A stretch of DNA of 25,756 nt. Origin: a virus. Taxonomy: Duplodnaviria > Caudoviricetes. The notes below the pieces were generated by a model. That model searched no databases and was not told the origin of the DNA. It worked only from the letters and a program-made list of their open reading frames with translations. Within the stretch, counting starts at the first letter, position 1. Each line of letters starts with the position of its first letter. This document shows positions 11,001 through 19,249 of this stretch, one piece after another. The stretch is taken from positions 1 to 25,756 of IMG/VR virus record IMGVR_UViG_3300020549_000404; one strand, given 5' to 3'. Position numbers and translations under genes: made by a program.

Positions 11001-11406
11001 ATCCAATATTTCCAAAGCCATTAATAGTACTACTTAAAGAGTGAAAGCCTACACCAACGTTGTCTTCGCCATACATGTTACAGCTAAGAGCGTATGATCC
11101 AACCGCTGTGTTTTGTATGGCATCTATCTGCGAAGATAAAGCAGAATATCCAACTCCAACATTATCAACACTTCTATATCCAACGGCGTTTCTTTTTGAT
11201 AGTGTTTCTTTACCAACTCTTACCGTTCTTAAATCTTCAGTAGAAATATTAAGAGCGTTGATATCATTAAATTCTGTTAACAAGCTAACAGAATCAATTA
11301 AATCAAGTAGGTTTCTTCTGATATCCTGTGGGGATATTGCCCCCACAGAATTATCTAGAATATCTCTCTTAATATTATCTACTAATACATCTTTTGGTAT
11401 GATCAT
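8044..11406 (-). CDS. Large trimeric fibre / tail-spike-like structural protein
   Basis: Two blocks of ~14-aa N(T/V/I)xxGxxAL beta-roll repeats (YadA-head-like), two (Y/F)NLG...R(F/W).N.Y fibre repeats, and a C-terminal coiled coil (LETISTLQGNVSTINNTITQNYSELNTLKTKFDDL). Confidence 0.7.
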   Translation of the reverse strand: MIIPKDVLVDNIKRDILDNSVGAISPQDIRRNLLDLIDSVSLLTEFNDINALNISTEDLRTVRVGKETLSKRNAVGYRSVDNVGVGYSALSSQIDAIQNTAVGSYALSCNMYGEDNVGVGFHSLSSTINGFGNIGLGSFALSNNKEGNFNIALGHGAGYYVDRDIDYQFFVAAHPVDSSFICANPLGSGLKPLLKGDLSSNNLRLGIGIRDLHEGATLQIGGHTIPHVTNSYNLGSNNFRFNNLYLYSSIVFPEANNFVYNSNRFFLSNTLDIDGSLNVVDNFVVSGVSTLKGAVTTGPVNTIGRILASGHVLPKTDVVFNLGDTRDRWLNAYTYNLYCDGVGHFKKYQAQEHEHYRHKTLFLASTGDITVIDGGGATSLYDHFVASGSYKEPQPYLLDEELNGAGFEIGASGLDYLRNYEFTFRSSDSSWDNLSVDDEYSRNSWFSNISIQTEEGRHVKTDRVINKEKIALVTYEDGLGLFINSGTVYLAQENDIDTPNTLVGIGDINFVCASGQLNPYEISIQSPHSGVNLFTKFLTNTSNYNLDNLGSEIVTGFKTGYIANSFLEPPNFFNEQVGQRPHRYIISSYNNTSFAKRCFTLMQDETEGYVGISNFNYAESMLPDTIFNIRSTGNAIARITAENNNDSKAGIQLLGAENCLHYGISFEYIKNSGSMYVTTYNDGVTSDSLTINDDDGTIHILNKNTINAMMSIGSEDNTEANIAFHESSGVPVAVSGYGYLFVRHLEDNELQSSTLSFLDSSGNLFTVDLTASSADGSIVDKPLSLDDLGNTFGGIRSPELRTNLTSSTVRNTSIGYEGLSKLTTGDDNTSIGYRAGKNVTTGSTNVFVGSNNGLAVTTQSKNIFIGSNLAQTGTYSETFLLGYDTTPLLEGSLVSNKHLNVNGYLRLKETATKYTNLYTNYLLVKDNASQNGGSSFSIKFSGSNDQENSLVILNHNNAPLTNTENFASSSRPYAQINGDLRVKGSIRFSNNTSINDASFLETISTLQGNVSTINNTITQNYSELNTLKTKFDDLIIEGIVEADIRPSDLPNSFTDQPLKFFVRKKIVQNNTFVNAPANPPQANLIEIVLRDPYLNVRKGDYVIAIKVNNEYRPISITGAP

Positions 11407-11410
11407 TTTA

Positions 11411-12109
11411 TTACTTTAAGCTGATTTCTAGTTGAGATGGAATAAATTGTACAACATCGCCTTCACCAATAGACTTTTCTACTTCTAGTGGGGCATACAT
11501 TAATATATTGCCCTGACCATAAGTAGAACTGTCCATTATTGCTACAGCTTTGATAGTACCCCAACCACCCTTACCAGCTTGTGGAAAAGTAATATTTGTG
11601 AGATTTTGAATGAATCCATTGCCATCATATTTACGATAAATTATTTCATCTGGATCTGGATTTGTACTAGAACCGGCAGAACCAATATTAGCTGGTCTAT
11701 AAAAAGTTATACCGGGAAATTCTGTGAACGTATGTGTAACAGTACTTCCATTTCCAGAGTCTTGAGCTTTAGCTTCTGTTAGATATAATGGATAAACATA
11801 TACACCAACATTGTTTACTGTGGTATAAACGTAGTAGGCAGAATGTGGATCATTACCAACTTCTGACCATCTGGCATTTCCATTATCTGCTGGATTTCCC
11901 AAGCTAACTCTTTCATATTGTGTATAAGTAGAAATATTTGCATTATTTGTTATGAACTGTGGAACTTCATCCATTGTAGATCCATTATCATTATCTTTTG
12001 GTACTGTATTTAATAACGCAATTGAAATGTTAGTTGGTTTTGTAAATGTCCCTGTGCGAAATAAAAAATTCAATATTTTGCCTTCAAGATAATCCGATAT
12101 TGCAGACAT
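11411..12109 (-). CDS. Phage structural protein (MSAxSDYLE...WGTI...GD family) with an internal insertion
   Basis: Start moved to the second ATG (12109), which sits 7 nt from GGAG. Motifs SDYLE.KIL...FR, Y.RV, ITFP.A...WGTI.AVAI.D..T.G.GN.L.Y and K.I.EGD are typical of a small virion protein family. Confidence 0.65.
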   Translation of the reverse strand: MSAISDYLEGKILNFLFRTGTFTKPTNISIALLNTVPKDNDNGSTMDEVPQFITNNANISTYTQYERVSLGNPADNGNARWSEVGNDPHSAYYVYTTVNNVGVYVYPLYLTEAKAQDSGNGSTVTHTFTEFPGITFYRPANIGSAGSSTNPDPDEIIYRKYDGNGFIQNLTNITFPQAGKGGWGTIKAVAIMDSSTYGQGNILMYAPLEVEKSIGEGDVVQFIPSQLEISLK

Positions 12110-12146
12110 ATTCATTCTCCTTTGTCCAAAAATAACAATCTATGAG

Positions 12147-12160
12147 TATATACACAAAAA
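12147..12160 (-). promoter_or_regulatory. Putative phage late promoter motif (TTTTTGTGTATATA)
   Basis: Intergenic, with the same core as the motifs at 15182-15194 and 25455-25466. It overlaps the U-tract of the capsid terminator. Confidence 0.55.
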
Positions 12161-12188
12161 GCCACCCCCAAAATGCTTTGAGGGTGGC
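12156..12188 (-). terminator. Rho-independent terminator after the major capsid gene
   Basis: Minus-strand RNA GCCACCCUCAAA-GCAU-UUUGGGGGUGGC-UUUUU: a 12-bp stem with one U.G wobble, a 4-nt loop and a U5 tail. The wobble pairs only on the minus strand. Confidence 0.9.
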
Positions 12189-12213
12189 CCTGTGATTGGA
12201 ACTAGATACTTAC

Positions 12214-13221
12214 TCAGAATGAGCCGAGAATAATTCTACGATTATCTAGTACACCAAAGCCAAGCTCTGCAAAACCATAGTAACCGGCTCGCTGCTGGCG
12301 ATGAAGAGTTGGATCTTCAAAGACCTGTAGCTGCTCTTTAACTGGCATTACGAAGCTATCATTTGATGATTGATCAAGACCAACAACGAGTTCTAGATCG
12401 CTACCTTGAACGTTTCCAGAAAGCTCGTTTGTGAAGAAGTCTTGATATTCTTGACCTTCGCCAAGTTCATCAAGGTCATGAAGATTTACGCCGAAGATGC
12501 GAGTAAGAGGAGCGCCACCTTCTGATGCTGTATAAATTTCACGACGAGTAACTTCGTCCACTTGATCAAGACCCCAATTGCGAACATCTTCTAGTGCTTC
12601 TGGAGAAACATAGAGATCAGTTAGACGACCACGACCAACTGAAGCGCTATTACCACCAGAATTACGACGCATAACTGTCTGCATAAGAGAAACGAGTCTC
12701 TTTGTGAAAAGACCAGCAGTAGCATCGCCGTCATAAACTAGGATGTTACGATCAACGCCAGCAGCGAGTAGTGTGTGCCAAGCGTCGTCATTCATCTTCT
12801 TTGTAAAACCAGCTTCCATCACCTGCATTGCACGACCAACGATATCCCATCGGGCTTCGCGGGCATAGCGTAGAAGATAATCTACGGACGATGCAATACT
12901 ATATGTTGGAATCATAACGTAGTCGCCTTCGACTGAACGCTCTGGAATTCTACCATGACCGGGATTGGTGTAAGCAACATGCTCACCCTCAAGGCCGGGA
13001 CTGATTAAATCGAGAGGAAATTCAGTTGTTGAACCAGCTTCCACGTTGATGGTTTCGAAGATATTACCAAGGATGTTACCAACGAGAACACCCTTACGTA
13101 AAGGTAGTTCAAGAGCCTTTGCGAATTCACGCTGTGCAGCTTGAGCTACATTGATATCGGCATCCCCTGACTTTCGTAGGAGAGCGATAAATTCATCACT
13201 CGGTCTATTATTAATTGGCAT
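12214..13221 (-). CDS. Major capsid protein (HK97 fold, inferred)
   Basis: About 335 aa at the canonical position after protease and decoration genes, with a strong RBS (AAAGGAG, 8 nt before ATG 13221) and a downstream terminator. D.YVSPE...D, RIFGVNL and G.YGF.E.GFGVLD.R.I..G are typical capsid-type motifs. GC is higher than in neighbouring genes. Confidence 0.85.
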   Translation of the reverse strand: MPINNRPSDEFIALLRKSGDADINVAQAAQREFAKALELPLRKGVLVGNILGNIFETINVEAGSTTEFPLDLISPGLEGEHVAYTNPGHGRIPERSVEGDYVMIPTYSIASSVDYLLRYAREARWDIVGRAMQVMEAGFTKKMNDDAWHTLLAAGVDRNILVYDGDATAGLFTKRLVSLMQTVMRRNSGGNSASVGRGRLTDLYVSPEALEDVRNWGLDQVDEVTRREIYTASEGGAPLTRIFGVNLHDLDELGEGQEYQDFFTNELSGNVQGSDLELVVGLDQSSNDSFVMPVKEQLQVFEDPTLHRQQRAGYYGFAELGFGVLDNRRIILGSF

Positions 13222-13248
13222 ATTCATTTCTCCTTTGTTATTTTATAG

Positions 13249-13695
13249 TCAGGGTAGGTTAACTTCTACTTTGGCATAACCGTCTTCGTCTTTTGTTGAG
13301 ACGAATGCGCCGATTGGATTACCACTAGCAACTGTACTAACGTTGCCAGCCGTTACAGTGCATCGATAAGCGGTAGCACCCGCCGATGGTGCGCCTGTAA
13401 CATTATTTGTCACGACGTAACCCTTACGTAGAACGGTTACTTTGCCGCCCTTCTGAACTTCATCCTTGTGCTGATTAAGATGAGTTCTTGTTAGATCCTT
13501 GTTAACTACATCGTTAAGAAGAATGCCAACTGGAACACCAGTTGTAGCATACTTAACAAGGTTAACACCTTGATCCATAGCAGCGCCAGAACCAGCAGTA
13601 TCATATACAACTACCCCACCGCGAGTTGCGGTGCCAGCATTGTAAAAGAAGCTAATGTCTGTCTGAAGTTCATATCTATCTGATTTTAGAGCCAT
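13249..13695 (-). CDS. Head decoration / cement protein
   Basis: 148 aa, Gly/Val/Thr-rich and beta-type (PVGILLND...GGKVTVLRKG.V.T...IG.F.S.KD.DGYAKVEVNLP), located between scaffold and MCP, with RBS AAGGAG. Confidence 0.7.
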   Translation of the reverse strand: MALKSDRYELQTDISFFYNAGTATRGGVVVYDTAGSGAAMDQGVNLVKYATTGVPVGILLNDVVNKDLTRTHLNQHKDEVQKGGKVTVLRKGYVVTNNVTGAPSAGATAYRCTVTAGNVSTVASGNPIGAFVSTKDEDGYAKVEVNLP

Positions 13696-13712
13696 ATTTA
13701 TTTCTCCTTATA

Positions 13713-14375
13713 TCACTTACGAAGTACGTTGTTTTCAAGCCACTCTGCTACACTAGCTCTTGTGGCTAATAGTTCGTCTACATCATCAGAAGCATCGACT
13801 AGAGTGGCTTCAGTTGTTGAAACGCCTTCTAAAAGTTCTGCAACTTTTTCTTCAGCGACAGTTTCTTCTTCTGAAGTTTGTTCTGCCTTTGGCTTTTCTT
13901 CTTTCTTCATCATCTTCTCTTTGTCTTCTGACCACTTAGCCATTTTCTTTTTCATGGCTGTGATAACTGCGTCAAAAGTTTCGTCATCGAGAGAATCATA
14001 AGTAGCTAGTGATTCTTCTACTTCAGAATCATCAAAGCCAGCATCTAAAAGACTAGCCTTTCTCATAGCCATCTTTTCCTTTTTCTTCATCATGTACATT
14101 TCTTGATCCTTCTTCTTCATTTCTTCATCCTTCATAGCAAGTGTTGCTTGAAGTTCAGAAACTGTAGCTTCTAATGTACTAATTGAAGTGTTTAAAGTTG
14201 TTATAGCTTGATCTTTTTCAGCCACTGTTGCCTCTAGCTTCGAAATAGAATCACTTTGCTCTTTCGATGTGAGTTCTTCTATTTGTGCGCGAAGAGTCTT
14301 ATTTTCTTCTTTAGTAGATGCTAGCTCACTACGCATGTCAGCAAGCTGCTTCTCTAAAAGATTTGAATCTGACAT
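13713..14375 (-). CDS. Nested in-frame scaffolding protein (internal start, 220 aa)
   Basis: AGGAG (14384-14388) lies 8 nt before the in-frame ATG at 14375 (Met264), exactly at the protease/coiled-coil boundary. Confidence 0.65.
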   Translation of the reverse strand: MSDSNLLEKQLADMRSELASTKEENKTLRAQIEELTSKEQSDSISKLEATVAEKDQAITTLNTSISTLEATVSELQATLAMKDEEMKKKDQEMYMMKKKEKMAMRKASLLDAGFDDSEVEESLATYDSLDDETFDAVITAMKKKMAKWSEDKEKMMKKEEKPKAEQTSEEETVAEEKVAELLEGVSTTEATLVDASDDVDELLATRASVAEWLENNVLRK

Positions 14376-15164
14376 AATATCATCTCCTATTTGAAAATTA
14401 GTAATATCACTAACGTTTTTTTCAGTCGAGAAAGCCCTGCTTGCATCGAGAATAATACTTCTTGGATTAGCCGGTTTGGAAACCAAACCTTTTCCAGAAA
14501 ATGAAATTTCTCTTAAAGATCTACCAATTTTATAGCCTTCATACTCTCCTGTGCCGCCATATGCTCTTAGGTGTTTTGTTAAAAATGCAGAACCTTCGTT
14601 TCTCTCTAATAACTTAGAATTGCCACTATTATCTATTAACGCATAATCAAAACCAGAAAATAAACATTCCATTGAGACAAACCACTTTCCTTCTTCTATT
14701 TCAGAAATGATTTTTTCCATTCTGTCTCTGTTTTCTGGATTAGTCCAACTGTTATATATAACAGCCTCTGTGATTATATCAAACTCATTTGGTTTAACAT
14801 CATCAGAAATTGGATTGCCGTTTTTGTCTACTACATAACTCCCGGTGATATGCCCTATGATATCATTTTCGTTGTGCATAAAATTAAATTGTTTGTCTTC
14901 TGGAGTATTTCTTGCCGCCCAAGTTTCTTCAGAAGAAAACACATCGTCATTTTTGTTCCATCCGGTTGATACTAATATTGATTTAATGTAGTATAAGTCT
15001 ATTTGTTTTGGATTAGCACTTTCTGCTTTAATCTTTTCTATGGCTAACGAAGAATTTAAATGACTATTTTCACATAATACTGCTGGCATACAATAAGCTA
15101 TACTGGCTCTTGCTTGTACAAGATCAGCTATGCCATCACGTATTTCTTGTTTAAATATTTTCAT
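13713..15164 (-). CDS. Prohead protease-scaffold fusion protein
   Basis: Lies between the portal and decoration/MCP genes. The N-terminal part has N.N.D.F, NFMH...IIG and VSMEC motifs as in HK97/assemblin-type head proteases, and the C-terminal part is an acidic coiled coil. Confidence 0.75.
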   Translation of the reverse strand: MKIFKQEIRDGIADLVQARASIAYCMPAVLCENSHLNSSLAIEKIKAESANPKQIDLYYIKSILVSTGWNKNDDVFSSEETWAARNTPEDKQFNFMHNENDIIGHITGSYVVDKNGNPISDDVKPNEFDIITEAVIYNSWTNPENRDRMEKIISEIEEGKWFVSMECLFSGFDYALIDNSGNSKLLERNEGSAFLTKHLRAYGGTGEYEGYKIGRSLREISFSGKGLVSKPANPRSIILDASRAFSTEKNVSDITNFQIGDDIMSDSNLLEKQLADMRSELASTKEENKTLRAQIEELTSKEQSDSISKLEATVAEKDQAITTLNTSISTLEATVSELQATLAMKDEEMKKKDQEMYMMKKKEKMAMRKASLLDAGFDDSEVEESLATYDSLDDETFDAVITAMKKKMAKWSEDKEKMMKKEEKPKAEQTSEEETVAEEKVAELLEGVSTTEATLVDASDDVDELLATRASVAEWLENNVLRK

Positions 15165-15181
15165 TTGTGCCTCTCTTCAAC

Positions 15182-15194
15182 ATTATACACAAAA
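15182..15194 (-). promoter_or_regulatory. Putative phage promoter TTTTGTGTATAAT (extended -10-like, no -35)
   Basis: Intergenic, 18 nt upstream of the protease ATG and its GAGAGG RBS. The 12-mer TTTGTGTATAAT is identical at 25455-25466. Confidence 0.65.
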
Positions 15195-15212
15195 TAGCAA
15201 AAAAGTTATGTA

Positions 15213-17234
15213 TTATCCAATTTTTGACTCTATGTAGGCACCTATGACATATTTCCTAAAAGAATCTACATCCATTTCATTGACATCAATGTTGTTTTCT
15301 TTTAATTTCAACATTATTTCTTTTGGTGCTTTAACATTAGCTTTTAATAGAGAAATAATAGTACTATTTTCTACGTTGTCATAAGCTTCTAAGTTGCTAA
15401 ATATATCTAACTTCATCATTTCTAATTCTTGAAATTCTGCTTTAGTTAATTGCCTTAAATTCTTTTTTTGCTTAGTACCTAAATAAGCTTTAGTTATTAA
15501 TTCAGAAACTTGATTCCAAGTTTTATCTGACCAAACTAAAATTTCAGCAACTCCGGGTTTTGACCTAGGTTGTTCAACCCTTTGTTTTCTAACCGTTTCA
15601 TCTTGCTTTAGTGGAGGTCTTCCGTTTGGCTTAACTTCTGGTGGCTGACTTGTATTTTCCTTTTGTTTTTGCATTTTCATATTAAATTGATTTTGCTTGT
15701 CTATTTTCTCAAGATCGTTTTTATGATTTGCGTTATGAAATGGGCTAGCCTTTGGTGGCCCAGCGGTTTCTCTTTTTTCTAACTCTCTTTTTAGTCTAAT
15801 ATTCTCTATTTGTGGTATCTCCTTAAATCTTTCTAGCAATGTCTCATGACTAATTATATCACGATCTGCCAGTTGAATTAATAGATTCTTTTGTGCAGCT
15901 TCATCAGATAACGTCATTTGATCAAATAATATGTGGGCTTTATGTCTAAATCCCATAGCCTGTCTAACTATCTCAACTTCTTTTTCCCAAAATCGGACTA
16001 GTTGATCTCTACCATATTGTAGTCTTTCAAGTAATGTTTTTAGAGAAATGAAGTTATTAGTAAAACCGCCACCATTATTAGCCATACCCGTTAGTGTTGG
16101 TGGAACGCCTAATCCAGCATATATACTGTTAAGAACAGATGTATATTTTTCAGAACCTAAGAACTTATATACTTCACTGTTAGATTCTTTAAATTGTAAT
16201 TCTGGACCCCAAACCAACTCCATTGTGCCTCCACCAACATTGCTAGCTAAAATATCTCTTAATTTATTAATAGCAGCCTTATTTGGTAAAATCTTATGTT
16301 CTAAATTGCCAAGTGTCCACAATCTAATATTTGATATAGCTCCATCTAATGCCGACAAGTCTGCCAATCTCATTTTTTCAAGCATTACTATATCGTCTAG
16401 AATGGCATAAATCATTGGGTTAGCCCACTGTTTCCAATCATCTTTCTTATAATAGAAAACGCTTAATCTTTCGGGATCTAGCGGAATATCTTTTTCTCCA
16501 CGTAATAAACTCTGTTTTATTGATGGTGGTAGTGTTTCTAAAACGTGATTTGGAATATCTCCAGCTTGAAATTTATCAAAAAAAGAATTGGTTGTAATAG
16601 TAAAGTTATTCAATCCCATAAATAGTGACAAATTACCATCTTTAGATTTAACCGTAAGAGGATTGAAGAAATTATATCTCCAAGGTATTTCGTTAGATTT
16701 AGCATTTGGAACCTCAACTCTGATGTCACTAGCCAAAGATTTCATATAAGTATTTAGTTGTGGTGTAATTTTGGCATAACTTCTGTATATAATCACATTG
16801 CCACATCTATAGAGATTATTTAAAAATCTCTCTGATCTTTCTTTGCCATTAACATTTCTAAACCACTGTTGATAGAATTTCTCAACACTTTTATCTCTAT
16901 GAACAATTTGTATACCTTGACTGCCAAAATCGCCCATTAGATCAATTATATTCCGAATAATTCCAACCTTATCATATGCATCCATGCACATTTTAATGAT
17001 TTTTCTCTGTTGGCTTGGTACTGCCTCATCTGGCCTAAATGCGTAGTAATCTCTAGATGTAAATCCGGGTTTAACAGACCTATTTGGCTCAATATCTATA
17101 AAATGTCGATAATGATTTCCTTGAGTTTTATTTAATGAGGCATACGAGTCAACATTATCTGACAATTGTGACATAGCATTAGTTTTGCTGCTAAAATCTT
17201 CATCTCTCCATGTTATCATTTCTTCATTATTCAT
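15213..17234 (-). CDS. Portal protein
   Basis: 673 aa directly after terL, largely helical, with IIRNIIDLM.DF, GNV.IY, I..GLGVPP.L.G and ISHETLLE segments and a low-complexity C-terminal tail typical of portals. Confidence 0.8.
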   Translation of the reverse strand: MNNEEMITWRDEDFSSKTNAMSQLSDNVDSYASLNKTQGNHYRHFIDIEPNRSVKPGFTSRDYYAFRPDEAVPSQQRKIIKMCMDAYDKVGIIRNIIDLMGDFGSQGIQIVHRDKSVEKFYQQWFRNVNGKERSERFLNNLYRCGNVIIYRSYAKITPQLNTYMKSLASDIRVEVPNAKSNEIPWRYNFFNPLTVKSKDGNLSLFMGLNNFTITTNSFFDKFQAGDIPNHVLETLPPSIKQSLLRGEKDIPLDPERLSVFYYKKDDWKQWANPMIYAILDDIVMLEKMRLADLSALDGAISNIRLWTLGNLEHKILPNKAAINKLRDILASNVGGGTMELVWGPELQFKESNSEVYKFLGSEKYTSVLNSIYAGLGVPPTLTGMANNGGGFTNNFISLKTLLERLQYGRDQLVRFWEKEVEIVRQAMGFRHKAHILFDQMTLSDEAAQKNLLIQLADRDIISHETLLERFKEIPQIENIRLKRELEKRETAGPPKASPFHNANHKNDLEKIDKQNQFNMKMQKQKENTSQPPEVKPNGRPPLKQDETVRKQRVEQPRSKPGVAEILVWSDKTWNQVSELITKAYLGTKQKKNLRQLTKAEFQELEMMKLDIFSNLEAYDNVENSTIISLLKANVKAPKEIMLKLKENNIDVNEMDVDSFRKYVIGAYIESKIG

Positions 17235-17275
17235 GTTAAACCTTTTAATTGGATTGACAATGTGATTGATATAGA

Positions 17276-19249
17276 TTAATACACATCTTTCATATAATCT
17301 GAGAACCAGCTTGGTCCAGTATACATTTTGTCGTCATTTTTATTAGAATGACCACCAGTGGCAAATCCTCCATAGAATTTGTACTCTTCTTGTGTTGGTG
17401 TTCTTTGTTTTAGTCTAGACGCCATATTAGCCATTAATAAAGCAGAATATCTATCTTTTCTCATTTTACTTTTTCTACCAGTACCAACTATTACTTCTGG
17501 CGTATCCCACCTATCTCTGCCATTTAATGTCTGCGTCATTTGTATCATAGATAATTCGTCTTTTAATTCTTCTATTTCAAGGACACATTCTTCTAAAGTA
17601 TCAAACATTCGGTTTTTTATATCGTCTTCGTGGTGTGACAGATCTATACTCAACGTATCAAAAAATGGAAATAATAGTACTTTGTCTTCAAAGTCTTTTC
17701 TCATTCCATGATTTGCTTCTGCTAACCATTCATGTTTAGCAAATTGACACATTTCTAATATGTGTAAACCTCTTTCTCCGTCAGTATCTTTTGGTTTTTC
17801 GTCATCTATCACGGGCCATATTGCAATTTCACCATCTCTTAACTTATCCTTATCATGTAGAGACTCCATAACAGCAACTCCACCACCCTGCGCATCCATT
17901 GCTATGTGTACACATGGAAATAATTTCATTAAATCTCTAATTTTTCTAGCACAATAGGCATAAAAATCTGTTTCACTTACATATCCCTTTTTAACCTTTT
18001 CTTTGTGTTCTGTTCTAGTTGTTGTCCAACAGTGTACAATTCTTCTATGATCATTATTTAATTCAATAACGACAATGCTAAAGTTATCTACTTCAGAAGC
18101 CGGGTCTACGCCAAATACATATGTTTTATTTACATCACCAATTAATGAAGCTTCAAAATGTATTTCATTTCCAGCACTATCTTGAATTTGATTATCTGTA
18201 GACACAACACATGATTCTATTAAAGATCTCTTAAAGAATCCTTGACTATCTCTCGTAAAACAAGCCCCATATTCCATTTGATAAATGCCCGTATGCACTG
18301 TTGCTTTTGATCTTGCAACTTGATCTGCGTCCATGAAGCCTTTTGGTAGTAGTTCATATGGCATTCTAATAATAGAATATTGTGTCCAATCAAAGTTTTC
18401 TGGCGGATCTTCACTAAAAATTTCTCTTAGTTTTATGATATCTCCTCGACTTTTGATTATAGATTTCCACTTTTTCCAGTAAGCTGCAAAATGATTAAAA
18501 TCATAATAAGCTGTACCAGATAAAACAATTTGATTATCTTTTTGTTCTATAACATCTGATTGAGCAAGCTCTATACCTAATTCTTTAGCTTTTTTTCTTG
18601 CAGCATACTTCTTTACATTTTCTACTGGATCTGCGCTGACTGCTGCGAAACCAGCGACTACGTTCTCAAAAATTTCTCTTGGTATTGAAGCAAACTCATC
18701 AGCAATAATATCATTTGCTCTTTGTCCTCTAATTTTTTGACCATCTCCTAGCGGCAAACATGTTATAGTACTTTCATTAAGTCTTAAAGTACATCTATCC
18801 GTATCTCTTCTTGGTCCACTATCTCCATCACAAATATCTCGTAACATTGGTGAGTTGCGCCATATGGTTTCCATATATTCAAATAATACTTTAGACTGCC
18901 TAAATGCTGCACCAACAATAACAACTTTTCTCTTTGGTAAAATTAAAGCTCTAAGAATTGAATACAAAGATAACATAAATGATTTACCAAAACCTCGACT
19001 AGCAATTAACATTGGAAATTTTCTATTCCAAATTTCGTTTAAGAACAAAGCTTGAGAAGGTAATAGTTGAATATTTAATATGTGGCTAGTCAAGAATGAT
19101 AAATATTCTGGTCGAGTCATTAACCAAGCAAGCCTAAGATTAAAATCTTCATGTGCTGGATTAGCTATAGACATTGGATTGAAAAAATCCGTATCTATAT
19201 TCTCTAATCCCAGCCACGCTTCTTCAATATTTTTTAATTTAGTGGTCAT
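17276..19249 (-). CDS. terL: Terminase large subunit
   Basis: Adenine-binding LLPSQ, Walker A ASRGFGKS, IRGQRA plus Walker B IIADEF, motif III LSGTA, RNase-H-like FGVDPAS, MDAQGGG and C-terminal KDRYSALLMA. Confidence 0.92.
   Translation of the reverse strand: MTTKLKNIEEAWLGLENIDTDFFNPMSIANPAHEDFNLRLAWLMTRPEYLSFLTSHILNIQLLPSQALFLNEIWNRKFPMLIASRGFGKSFMLSLYSILRALILPKRKVVIVGAAFRQSKVLFEYMETIWRNSPMLRDICDGDSGPRRDTDRCTLRLNESTITCLPLGDGQKIRGQRANDIIADEFASIPREIFENVVAGFAAVSADPVENVKKYAARKKAKELGIELAQSDVIEQKDNQIVLSGTAYYDFNHFAAYWKKWKSIIKSRGDIIKLREIFSEDPPENFDWTQYSIIRMPYELLPKGFMDADQVARSKATVHTGIYQMEYGACFTRDSQGFFKRSLIESCVVSTDNQIQDSAGNEIHFEASLIGDVNKTYVFGVDPASEVDNFSIVVIELNNDHRRIVHCWTTTRTEHKEKVKKGYVSETDFYAYCARKIRDLMKLFPCVHIAMDAQGGGVAVMESLHDKDKLRDGEIAIWPVIDDEKPKDTDGERGLHILEMCQFAKHEWLAEANHGMRKDFEDKVLLFPFFDTLSIDLSHHEDDIKNRMFDTLEECVLEIEELKDELSMIQMTQTLNGRDRWDTPEVIVGTGRKSKMRKDRYSALLMANMASRLKQRTPTQEEYKFYGGFATGGHSNKNDDKMYTGPSWFSDYMKDVY

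Noticed and set aside
17254-17282. Plus-strand TTGACA as an antisense sigma70 promoter
   Set aside because: There is no acceptable -10 hexamer at 16-18 nt spacing (TTAATA, TAATAC, AATACA).
17276-19249. Intein or intron in the large terminase
   Set aside because: The ORF is continuous at a normal length (657 aa) with all motifs in order and no splice-junction or homing-endonuclease motifs.
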